A stretch of DNA of 63,555 bases, counting the filler, from Craspedostauros australis (taxonomy: Eukaryota): assembly GCA_030167865.1 (NCBI GenBank). It is 12 parts of 12 records of this genome, joined end to end, with 100 filler letters (N's around TTAATTAATTAA, not from the genome) between each part and the next. Parts side by side here need not be neighbours in the genome. Positions count along the whole stretch, not along the records: positions 42,972 to 53,034 come from JALAGF010006654.1; positions 53,135 to 55,436 come from JALAGF010006655.1; positions 55,537 to 59,415 come from JALAGF010006659.1; positions 59,516 to 61,004 come from JALAGF010006660.1; 8 more parts are not named here. One strand, written 5' to 3'. Below are positions 49,375 through 60,343 of the stretch, one piece after another (position 1 is the first letter of the stretch; each line of letters starts with the position of its first letter). A program made the position numbers and the translations under genes. Under the pieces are notes generated by a model, which saw only the letters and a list, made by a program, of their open reading frames with translations, was not told the DNA's origin and made no database searches.

Positions 49375-51557
49375 GCATTGGCACATCAACACATCCAAAC
49401 ATTGGCGCATCCTCGCATCAACACATCTGAACATTGGCGCATTCACTCGTCCTCTCATCAACACATCCAAACATTGGCACGTCCACACATCAACACATCT
49501 GCACATTTGAACATTGGTGCATTCACTCGTCGTCGCATCAACACATCTGCACACTGGCGCATCCAGTCGTCGTCACATCAACACATCCGAACATTGGCAC
49601 ATTCACTCGTCGTCGCATCAACACATCCGAACATTGGTGCATCCGATCATCCCAACATTGGTGCATCCGATCATCCCAACATTGGCGCGTCCACGCGTTG
49701 TCGCATGAACACATCCAAACATTGGCACATCCACTCATCCTCTCATCAACACATCCGAACATTGGCGCATCCACTCGTCGTCACATCAACACATCCAAAC
49801 ATTGGCGCATTCACTCGTCCTCGCATCAACACATCTGCACACTGGCGCATCCACTCGTCGTCGCATCAACACATCCAAACATCGTCGCATCAACACATCC
49901 GAACATTGGTGCATCCGACCATCCCAACATTGGCGCATCCGATCATCCCAACATTGGCGCGTCCACGCGTTGTCGCATGAACACATCCAAACATTGGCAC
50001 ATCCACTCATCCTCTCATNNNNNNNNNNNNNNNNNNNNNNNNNNNNNNNNNNNNNNNNNNNNNNNNNNCATTCACTCGTCCTCGCATCAACACATCTGCA
50101 CACTGGCGCATCCACTCGTCGTCGCATCAACACATCCAAACATCGTCGCATCCGATCATCCCAACATTGGCGCATCCGATCATCCCAACATTGGCGCATC
50201 CGATCATCCCAACATTGGCGCATCCGATCATCCCAACATTGGCGCGTCCACGCGTTGTCGCATGAACACATCCAAACATTGGCACATCCACTCGTCCTCT
50301 CATCAACACATCCGAACATTGGCGCATTCACTCATCCTTGCATCAACACATCCAAACATTGGCGCATTCACTCGTCCTCGCATCAACACATCCGACCATT
50401 GGCGCATCCACACATCCCCGCATCAACACATCCGAACATTGGCGCGTCCACACATCAACACATCTGCACATCCGAATTGGCGCATTCACTCATCCTCCCA
50501 TCAACACATCCGAACCTTGGCGCATCCACTCATCCTCGCATCAACACATCCAAACATTGGCGCGTCCACTCATCCTCACATCAACACATCCTAACATTGG
50601 CGCATTCACTCGTCCTCTCATCAACACATCCAAACATTGGCACGTCCACACATCAACACATCTGCACATCCGAACATTAGCGCATTCACTCGTCCTTGCA
50701 TCAACACATCTGAACATTGGCGCATCCACTCATCCGAACATTGGCACGTCCACGCACGTTCACACCAACACATCCAAACATTGGCACGTCCACTCATCCT
50801 CGCATAAACACATCCAAACATTGGCGCATTCACTCATCCTCGTATCAACACATCCGAACATTGACACGTCCACTCATCCTTGCATCAACACATCCAAACA
50901 TTGGCGCGTCCACACATCAACCCATCTGCACATCCAAACATTAGCGCATTCACTCGTTTTTGCATCAACACATCCGAACACTGGCACATCCACTCATCCT
51001 CGCATCAACACATCCGAACATTGGCGCGTCCACGCGTTGTCGCATCAACACATCCAAACATTGGCGCATCCACTCATCCTCGCATCAACACATCCGAACA
51101 CTGGCACATCGACTCATCGTTGCATCAACACATCCGAACATTGGCACATCCACGCGTTATCGCATCAACACATCCAAACATTGGCGCATCCACTCATCCT
51201 TGCATCAACACATCCGAACATTGGCGCGTCCACACATCAACACATCTGCACATCCGAATTGGCGCATTCACTCATCCTCCCATCAACACATCCGAACCTT
51301 GGCGCATCCACTTGTCGTCGCATCAACACATCCAAACATTGGCGCATTCACTCGTCCTCGCATCAACGCATCTGAACATTGGCGCGTCCACTCATCCTCC
51401 CATCAACACATCCGAACCTTGGTGCATCCACTCATCCTCGCATCAACACATCCGAACATTGGCGCATCCACGCGTTCTCACATCAACACATCAACACATC
51501 AACGCATTCACACATCAATGCATGGGCACATTGGCGCATCAACACATTTGCACATTG
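49375..51557. repeat. Minisatellite made of 8-nt words; commonest unit 40 bp, with 24-bp and other multiple-of-8 variants
   Basis: CATCAACA-CATCCGAA-CATTGGCG-CATCCACT-CATCCTCG, plus runs of CATTGGCG-CATCCGAT-CATCCCAA. Confidence 0.95.
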
Positions 51558-51597
51558 ACCCAACAACTCAACAGCACAACATTGGAGACATTTCACA

Positions 51598-53034
51598 ATG
51601 GTGGGCACCGATCCACGTTTCTACAAGAATGGGCCTGATGCCAATGAGCTCATGAAGGCATTCTTGGCTGATCCCACGAAATGGCACTGGGAGGCAGCAC
51701 CTTTGCGTCTGCAACATTCGTTCTTACTCAAGTATGATGCAAAGAAGTTCGTTCGGACTCTACGTGAGTTCAAACGGACATTGGTGAAGAAGGGTTTGTT
51801 TCACCGTAAGTACTGCATGCCCAGCCACACAATCAAAGCTCCATCATGAACTCTTCTGCTTGTATTCAGGTGCCTTCTCATCTATTTTTCTATCTTTCCT
51901 ATGACTCCAACCTTTGGCATTCATCTCTTCATCATCCATTGCAGAGGATGGCAAGCGAAACAAGGTCTCGATACATAGGCTTGGTGCCAACCTCCGTCCT
52001 GTGGATGTACCAGAAGCCAATAATGCTGAGTTGGAACCAACGAATCACGATGCCAACTCTTCCACCAGTCATAACACCACCAACAGCCATGCCAACAACA
52101 CCAGGAGCGGAACCAGCAGGAACAACACACGCAGAAACAGCACCAACAGACGAAGCACACGGGGCCGTATGTACGAAGCATCACATGAAGGTGACACTGC
52201 CCGCCCTCATGGAATCAACAGCACAAATGAGAGCAGCAGCAGCAGCAGCAGCAGCACATCCGATGGGTTATCTGAATCATCAGATGATGTGGAGGGCACA
52301 GATTCTGACAATGACATGGAATACCTTGGCACTACCAACCAACCAGGCCAATGTGGATCTACGAGCACGCCCTATGACCCCATCTCTGCAAGATTCGGCC
52401 ACTTTTTTGAGCTATCAGAATCCCAACGAGTTGCAAAGTTTCGAAAGCTGAGCCGCACCATCGAGGTCTTCCACACAACTCAGGTGTGGAGACCTCGTGG
52501 TGAAAGGTATCGCATGGTTGGGGTTGACTTCCACATGCCTGCGTGCACCACCAGGGATGATGCGACAGTGACCATCCAAAGTCGGAAGGTGGATGGAGTA
52601 CCTCGGATGTTCCTGGTGTTGCTATACAAGCCACCAACGGCTTTTGGAAAGGACGGAAGCATCGTGGACATCCTGATTGACAAGTTGGGTCATCCTTTCT
52701 CTGATGCAGGGCAGAAACGTTCTGCCCATGTGCAACAGTTCCGGAACGAAGACTTTGCAGAGTCCTTCCGTTCGGAAATGCTTGTACCCATGCCATTTCC
52801 TATCGATTCCATCTTCTGTGACACACCATGCCGAAGATTGGGAGGAGTGGTCTGGTTACGTCATGCTGTGAAGGACAATGATGGTGCAACCCACAACATG
52901 CTTACAATAACGGTACGTTTGAAGGAAGCAACCAATGTTGGGGTGACCCGGCACTTTTCTGTGTGCCATGGTCTGGGCTTTGCAGATGGTGACGGAAGCC
53001 ATCCTGATGTTAGTGACCAAGTCACTAACACACC
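51598..53034 (+). CDS. Unknown protein, candidate second gene of the Harbinger/ISL2EU element. Exons 51598-51805 and 51945->53034
   Basis: Intron GTAAG...TTGCAG (51806-51944) joins the ORFs in phase (C+AG=Gln). Basic helical N-terminus, N/S/T-rich linker and globular C-terminal region; truncated by the contig end. Confidence 0.7.
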
Positions 53035-53147
53035 NNNNNNNNNNNNNNNNNNNNNNNNNNNNNNNNNNNNNNNNNNNNTTAATTAATTAANNNNNNNNNN
53101 NNNNNNNNNNNNNNNNNNNNNNNNNNNNNNNNNNATCTGTAGCCAAT

Positions 53148-53190
53148 CATCGCCAAACATCGCCAAACATCGCCAAACATCGCCAAACAT
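53148..53190. repeat. (CATCGCCAAA)x4 tandem repeat, possibly a subterminal repeat of the piggyBac-like element
   Basis: Seen directly, about 460 bp downstream of the transposase remnant. Confidence 0.8.
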
Positions 53191-53646
53191 TTGGGTCCGG
53201 CTCTTTGAGGCACTAGTGCCTCAAAGAGCCAGCTGTGGCCAACGCCATTGGCGATTTTTGGATCACAGAAATTTCTCTGTAGATCGTAGTACACTTCTTA
53301 CGTAAGTCCCGAACAAAAACAGACCAAGAACAGCATCATTCAAAGTCAAACTCTCCGGACTTAGCTCGTATAAGCCTTCCTATACTCATCTTGTCATTGT
53401 AGCATTTTATATAGTTTATAAATACAATACTAAAGTTGGGTGGCTGTTGCTCTCTTGTTCGGTGAGCACTGATGTGATCCGTCAAGCACCTCCATCATTC
53501 ACGAATGCGTTTGGGCACTCGAGACGTGTTTGGGCACTCCAGACACGTTTGGACTCGTCACACACATCATCTTCGCTTCTCCTCCTCACAATTTCGTTCA
53601 CGAAGAATCGCCAACACCCTTGGCGAGAGACGACAGCACATTTCAA

Positions 53647-55436
53647 TCAATCAATTGATGCCCTCTTCAGACGCATACAGATCATATTGCATGTAAGTGT
53701 ATATATGGATTTGTGTGAATTTCCCTCGTTGTTTGTGACATGTGTGCGAAAGCACGTGCGGGTGTCACCTTGTTTGGAAACTTCGGGGCAGCACCACACG
53801 AGCGTCCCTGGCGCAGTTGATGGACAATGTGCGCAGATGAAGGCAACCAGCTTGTTGCAGACGATACATCTTCCTCGGGCAGATCTCTGTCCTCGCCTCA
53901 AGCGCCCTTTGCTGTCCTTGTACACAATGGCAGCTGTTTCTGCGCTTTTGCGAGGCGATGGTTGCCGATTTGGTATGGTGACTGCTGCTGTTGCTGGTAC
54001 CGTTTTTACTGTTGCTGGTGTCGTTGGTGGTGGCGCTATGGTTTGGCCCGTTGGGTTTATTCGTCCCGTCGTCCACTGTTGGAAATCCGGGGTTATTGTT
54101 AGTACTGTAATCTAATCCGCTGTTAGAAACTGTGCCGTTTTAGAACTGTGAGCTCAATCTCACTTTCTCTTCCGATTTCGTTCTTCTTGGTAGGCATCTG
54201 TCGCGGTGGCGACACGGGGCGCCCTGTTGTCTCTTAGGTGCTTCTCTCCCCATTCATCATGCTCTGTTCCTGCTTCTTTGTCTTGGCATCGTTGTTGCTT
54301 GCCTCTGCATCGTCGTAGCTGTCTACGCTTGCATGGTAGGGATCTGCAGTCCTGAGCACTTGCCTATCACATGTTTCCGTTGTTGATCTCATGACGCCAT
54401 CGTCCCACGATCGATGTCANCCTTGGTGATGTTCCAAACCTGCGGATGTTCTGATCCTTTCTGATGTTCCAAACCTGTGGATGTTCTTGTCCGCAGGAGG
54501 GGCGCGTGCTGTCCTCTGAAGAGGGTGCGTCACTTGCCCATGGACTTGCTGTTCTGATTGACGTCGTCGTCTGCATGGTTGCCATGGTTGGTTTGGTATT
54601 GGGACCTCCTGATCCGCCATGGGTGTCGTCCTTACGTTACCAGAGGACAGACTACCCTCCTCGCGGTAGTACAGGTATCAATCACGTCCGTATCCTTAGT
54701 CATAGTCATAATGACATGGTATACAAAGGTGTGACAAATAGTCTCNGAACATGTGACGAATAATATTCAAAGCTGTGACGAATAATGTTGGGAGGTGCGG
54801 CAATCACGGGTATTCCGAAAAAGTCGTACCCTCAATTCCTAACAGTCCACGTTATCGCAAGCGTGCCCTTGTGGCAGAATAGATGTGGTTTCCAGACACT
54901 ATGGCGTGTCATGTTCGTCGTTGAGGATCATGTCCTCTGCGAGCATGTTGATGAAGGTTCGCAGGGTAACCTGTTTGTGCCTGTGGCTAGACCCGAGATG
55001 ATACATGTACTGATAGAACACAGATGAAAGTGGGTACTTACCTCAAAATTGGGAGTGATCAAGTCCGTCAATGAAGTAGAGTGAAACTGTGTGNNNNNNN
55101 NNNNNNNNNNNNNNNNNNNNNNNNNNNNNNNNNNNNNNNNNNNNNNNNNNNNNNNNNNNNNNNNNNNNNNNNNNNNNNNNNNNNNNNNNNNNNNNNNNNN
55201 NNNNNNNNNNNNNNNNNNNNNNNNNNNNNNNNNNNNNNNNNNNNNNNNNNNNNNNNNNNNNNNNNNNNNNNNNNNNNNNNNNNNNNNNNNNNNNNNNNNN
55301 NNAGTTTGCAAGACTGAGGAGGTTCATGGCGCCTCCAATACTGATCTTGCTCCTTGGAACAACAATGATGCATGCAGCAAATCCGATCATTGCAGAAATG
55401 CGATCTTGCCAAATTTGATGGGATTGATGAGCTTGT
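53647..55436 (-). pseudogene. Decayed piggyBac-like transposase C-terminal part, split by a solo LTR
   Basis: TLRTFINMLAEDMILN (~54925-54970) and the Cys-rich tail RGRCIVC...FICAHC...WCC...CFRTH match the piggyBac C-terminal pattern. Stops and frameshifts are present. Confidence 0.65.
54077..54844 (-). mobile_element. Solo LTR (768 bp) of the TGTCAGGAAT family with a 6-bp TSD (GTCCAC)
   Basis: Minus strand TGTTAGGAATTGAGGGTACGAC...GGATTTCCAACA, with GTCCAC at 54071-54076 and 54845-54850. No N gap inside. Confidence 0.9.
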
Positions 55437-55536
55437 NNNNNNNNNNNNNNNNNNNNNNNNNNNNNNNNNNNNNNNNNNNNTTAATTAATTAANNNNNNNN
55501 NNNNNNNNNNNNNNNNNNNNNNNNNNNNNNNNNNNN

Positions 55537-55711
55537 AAGAAGCACATCACTCCAATGCAGCGAGGAGATGGACATGATTCGCGAGGAACTCCGGCTTGCC
55601 AAACTCAAGCGCAACTACCACGATCTGCGCCTTCAGGAACTCAATCTGAAGCTTCAGGTTGCTGAGGCGAAGAAAGAAATGGAGGAAGCGCATCACAATC
55701 GCTCGGAATGA
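55537..55711 (+). CDS. 3' end of a tandem paralog of the 56550-57809 gene
   Basis: ELRLAKLKRNYHDLRLQELNLKLQVAEAKKEMEEA aligns with KLRVAKLERICQDIRVRQLDLKMQLAKAKQRLEEA. Confidence 0.75.
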
Positions 55712-56549
55712 AGGCATTGGGTGTCCAACTTTCACATGCGTGGATGGATGGAGAGGTGGAGCAATGGGGAAATCGGAGAAGGGGTGTGTATGCAGGATCC
55801 GATCGGTGGTGCCACTTTCAGGTGGGGTGGACATTCTGAAGAATATTTGAAGAATGTAATACAATAGAACAGATCACAGTTTGCACGGGCATGCGACCTT
55901 CTCTCTCCCATTAAGACTTCTGGATATGATCGTGCACTAGCTTACGAATGGTGTTTCGTGAATGCTTGTCGAGTTTGCGATAGTCGGAGCAGGTAGATAC
56001 CACCCTCTCCACAAACGCAGATCGCAGAATACACGTACACGCCATAGGATGGTGCGAGTGAATGGCGCAATTCAAACGACGAACAACGAAACAGAAACCT
56101 TGGCCGCTCTGAACGCAGTTTTGGTCCGTTGAGTCGATCCGCCTTTTCCGTCCACACAATGCGCGTGTACGCACGAAGGAGGCAAGTTCGCGAAATTGAT
56201 CCACATCAAATCATCAGAAACCAATGCGGATTCAAATCTCCATCAATGAGAAGTGCCATGCACATCGGCACCAAGTCACATCAAGACCGATGCTCGACGT
56301 CCATCGTCAATCATAACGGCAACAGCAACAGCAGCAGAAGAAGCAACAGAGAGGCATCACACACCAATCGCCGCGTTGATCTTCCAACTTCACCTGCGCA
56401 GAAGACTGACGTTCAAACTTGTTTTCTTCTGCTTCGTCTTCATCGCTCGCAACTGCATCCACGAAACAAGAGCCAGCGCCATCGTCGATCATAGGGCAAC
56501 GTATGCCATCAAAGGAGACACTCAAACAGTACAAATCCACTCCTTCACG

Positions 56550-57809
56550 ATGCCGCCTCTTGGCTGGACTCCAACGAAAGCGAGGTTTCTTTGCCTCGCC
56601 TTTTTGGAAGTAAATAAGAAACCACTCAAGCGTGGGGAACGACCTTGGCCTCTCATCCTGAAGATGTTCAACCAGAGCATCGACCAATACAACCAAGAAT
56701 TGGATGGAAAGCTCGCAAGCGGAGGCGTCACCAACGATGATGAAGCAGCATCTAATGTCCACATACCGCTACACTCAAACCAATACAGTCTCGGAGCCTT
56801 CTTCAACAGAATCCGGCGCCCTGTCCTCCAACTTCGAGAACATCGCCCATCGACTCCGCACATGTCGGAAGAAGCCGACGTGCGATGGATTGCAGATTGG
56901 TACCAGTCACACAAGACGGAAGGCGAAAACTGTTCTCTCAGCGTCGAGATACTCGCGGCTTGTTGGAAGGTGCTGAAGGATGCTCCCCAGCTTGCGGAGA
57001 GATCGTCGCAAGCCACTATCTCTCCCGAATCCAGCCCGCGACCATCACCGAGACCTTCACTCACCTCCGCAAAGACCGGCATGGAGTTCCCCACAAGTGC
57101 ACCCGGCTGTCACGACGATCAATGCTCCGACGACAGTGACCAGGAGAGTGAAGACGAAACCGAAGATGAGAGCGGCGATGGGAGCGACGACGGGAGCGGC
57201 GATGAAAAAGAACAAGATGACGGGAGCACCCCCATTCCACCAAATGATGACGACAACAAGTCTGTATGCGAAAGTGACGGCAACAACGGTAGCGACGGGA
57301 ACGATGGCGCTATCGATCGTGACCGCGGAGACGATGAAAAGGAACAGAAACATCTCGGGTTTCGCCATACGAGGATCCGCATCCGATCAAAGAAGCGGAA
57401 GCGGAGAACCCAGTCAACTAGCAATGAGACAGGATCCGCTCACAGCCATAGTGCGACCAATGATGATGATATCGCTGGCGATATTGTGGTTGCGGACGAA
57501 GTCACATCGTCCAATGATATCAGTGCTGGGGGAACTCGCCGCGCTCCTTCTCTTCCAGATCATCGTCCGAGTCCTCATTCTCGTGGTTCCAACAGCATCA
57601 ACAGCACTAACACCAATCCACAACACGACAGGTCATCGTCTCAGCACAAGCGGAAGACAAAGAAGATTAAAATGCTTGAGCACAAGCTCCGGGTGGCGAA
57701 ACTCGAGCGGATATGCCAGGATATTCGCGTTCGGCAACTAGATCTCAAGATGCAGCTGGCGAAGGCGAAGCAACGATTGGAAGAGGCACGTGGACATCCA
57801 CACATGTGA
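56550..57809 (+). CDS. Putative nuclear protein: Myb/SANT(trihelix)-like N-terminus, acidic disordered middle, NLS and C-terminal coiled coil
   Basis: GWTPTKARFLCLAFL...W..I...FN pattern, SKKRKRR, and a leucine-heptad tail. The domain call is tentative. Confidence 0.65.
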   Translation: MPPLGWTPTKARFLCLAFLEVNKKPLKRGERPWPLILKMFNQSIDQYNQELDGKLASGGVTNDDEAASNVHIPLHSNQYSLGAFFNRIRRPVLQLREHRPSTPHMSEEADVRWIADWYQSHKTEGENCSLSVEILAACWKVLKDAPQLAERSSQATISPESSPRPSPRPSLTSAKTGMEFPTSAPGCHDDQCSDDSDQESEDETEDESGDGSDDGSGDEKEQDDGSTPIPPNDDDNKSVCESDGNNGSDGNDGAIDRDRGDDEKEQKHLGFRHTRIRIRSKKRKRRTQSTSNETGSAHSHSATNDDDIAGDIVVADEVTSSNDISAGGTRRAPSLPDHRPSPHSRGSNSINSTNTNPQHDRSSSQHKRKTKKIKMLEHKLRVAKLERICQDIRVRQLDLKMQLAKAKQRLEEARGHPHM

Positions 57810-58111
57810 AGGTGGAGGGTGTAAAGGATTGAGGTTGAATCAGTCGCTCAGCAAGCATGTGATCATCAACTGTCATAATGGGAGCGAAACGATCTTGTCC
57901 AGTTGTGCAGGTCACAACTGTCCGCTGTGGTCGTTTCTTTTGTGGTGTAGAATACATAACGCTACTCAATAGAATATGTAATTACCATCCGCGGTCTGAC
58001 TGCGAATACTCTCCCTCCGATAACTAACTCGAGTCCTCTTTTCATCATCTCAATTCCGTCATGCGTCCAATTCTTGAAAACTTCTGGTATGGCATGGTCT
58101 GGTGTGGCAAT

Positions 58112-59053
58112 TCAACCCTCTTCTTCAGCAGCACCGTCCGTCTCAATCATTTTGGATGATTTGGTAGTCATAGAGCGGACGAAGTCCACCAATGTCACCC
58201 AATCCATGTATGAATCCACTTGCGCGATCCCCTCGTCTTCACCCACAACCTTGTACAGCTCCACCATGGACATGTGGCTGTACTCATCATCAATACCATC
58301 ACTCTCCGCTCCCCCATCGCGGAGGATATGAATGCCTCCCATCAGTTGAGGTTGTAGAATTAGTTTGCTTAAATCTAGATGAGTGAACGTATCCTTCTCA
58401 CTTTCAGCTGCCATTCTCATCGCCATATCCTTCAACACCACGCAGTTGTGCTGATGAGCGAATATCAACACATCTATCATGCTGTCTTCTGTGAAATGCT
58501 TGCGGGCCAACTCCACTTCAAGAACAAGCTTGAGTCGCCAGAAGCCAAACTCGTTGGCCACAAGGATCAGCTGTTGCAGATCATCCTGTCCAGTGAGGAT
58601 GGGAGTTGACTGGTGAGAGGCATCTGTATTGTGGTGAGCATCAGCATGAGCACCGACATGCGCAGCAGCGTTGTCACGAGCGCTGTCATTCAAGGATATC
58701 TTGCCTGTGTAGATGCATTGGAGGACGTATCGGACATGGTTTGGTTGAAGGTTGGGAAGAGGGATGGTTGTTTGGGCGGGGGGCACGTAGCCTTCGGTGT
58801 CATCATTCGCGTGCTGATGTCGGATTCCTTTGTCGATCAGTGTCTCAATGGAGGGGACATTGATCATCAGGACTTCGGTGTTTGCCTTGATTCGTTGTTG
58901 TTGGTCGCCCTGTCCACACAAGAAGATGTTGTCTGTCCTGTTGTCGGTTTGGAAGGATCTGAGCTGTCTTCTCAAATGCTGACGTTGGTCCTCTTGTGGT
59001 TACTGTGTTTGTGTTCATTCTCTTGCTTCTTCCGCTTCAACTGGTGTCTCGAC

Positions 59054-59087
<34 letters not shown>

Positions 59088-59415
59088 CCTTCGGCTTCAA
59101 CTGCTGTCCCAACTGTTCTTGTGGTTGTTCATTCTCTTGCTCGTTTTGTTGCCAGCGTTGTTGCAGTTGTGGGTGAACTGAAGGCGAAAGTCCTCTAATG
59201 AGGGACTCGATACACTCCAGCTGGCCTTTGTGGCATGCCCAATGAAGGGGAGTGTCACCATCGTCATCTTTGCAGTTGATGTCCGCCTCACATGATTCGG
59301 TGAGGTACTCCACGCACTCCAGGTGGCCGTTGTAGCATGCCCAATGAAGGGGAGTGGAACCATGGTTGGTTTTACAGTTGATGTCAGCCCTGCATGATTC
59401 GATGAGGTACTCCAC
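58112..59415 (-). CDS. Ankyrin-repeat / polyQ / BTB-like protein, 5' truncated, with a frame break near 58990-59005 (possible pseudogene)
   Basis: Ankyrins GSTPLHWACYNGHLECVEYL and GDTPLHWACHKGQLEC. (CAA)n polyQ. BTB/BACK-like RYVLQCIYTG, LILVANEFGFWRLKL and LIFAHQHNCVVLKD. Confidence 0.75.
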
Positions 59416-60343
59416 NNNNNNNNNNNNNNNNNNNNNNNNNNNNNNNNNNNNNNNNNNNNTTAATTAATTAANNNNNNNNNNNNNNNNNNNNNNNNNNNNN
59501 NNNNNNNNNNNNNNNTTTGTGTTGCTTGGTGTGATGGCGCCCATGGACTGGTCTGTATGGTATTGCATTGCCTCGTGGCTTGGCGTTGCCGGTGTCTGTA
59601 GCTGTGTGATCGCTGACGAACATTTCACCATCCCTCACTCTGCCTTTGCTTGCCCGAAGTATGTGGTGTGTGATTTGATTTGATTTGATTTGGGATTGGG
59701 ATCGCCACACAAGACCAACCTCTCCCCACTCACCGGTGTTGTTGCATCATTGCTCTTGCCTTGTTCGGGCCTGGTTGAGTGTTTGTGTGTGGGCACCAAT
59801 TGTTCGCCGTTGGTATGAACTGTATGGACTGATGGATGATGTGTTTCGGCAACCAACCAGATCACTCCTTCACATTTCGGGATTGGCAATCGAGTTTCGT
59901 GGGGAGAACGGAGACGATAAGTAACGATTGGTCGAACTGGTGGCGTTGCTGTGAATGGCGATTCTGCATGGAGTATCATGACTCCAACACCCACGTGTTG
60001 TTCTTCTCCCTCTGTACAGTCTTCTCTGTGGTGGTTGTGCTCGTGAATGTGCGCAACTGTGCGTTGGTGTGGATTCTTCCGATGTCCATCCTCTCCTCAC
60101 AAAATCAAAAGCGANNNNNNNNNNNNNNNNNNNNNNNNNNNNNNNNNNNNNNNNNNNNNNNNNNNNNNNNNNNNNNNNNNNNNNNNNNNNNNNNNNNNNN
60201 NNNNNNNNNNNNNNNNNNNNNNNNNNNNNNNNNNNNNNNNNNNNNNNNNNNNNNNNNNNNNNNNNNNNNNNNNNNNNNNNNNNNNNNNNNNNNNNNNNNN
60301 NNNNNNNNNNNNNNNNNNNNNNNNNNNNNNNNNNNNNNNNNNN

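Noticed and set aside
49375..51557. CRISPR-like array (constant ~25 nt plus variable ~15 nt)
   Set aside because: The variable parts are short, related to each other and reused. There are no cas genes and the context is eukaryotic, so this is a minisatellite.
49171..51655. Long His/Ile/Thr-rich ORFs in all three plus frames
   Set aside because: They result from a stop-poor 8/40-nt repeat whose period is not a multiple of 3; the same peptides cycle through the frames.
42972..55436. Fanzor/TnpB nuclease associated with the DNA transposons
   Set aside because: No RuvC-like D-PG / E / RD-N motif series found in any ORF. The Cys-rich tail at 53647-53925 fits piggyBac better.
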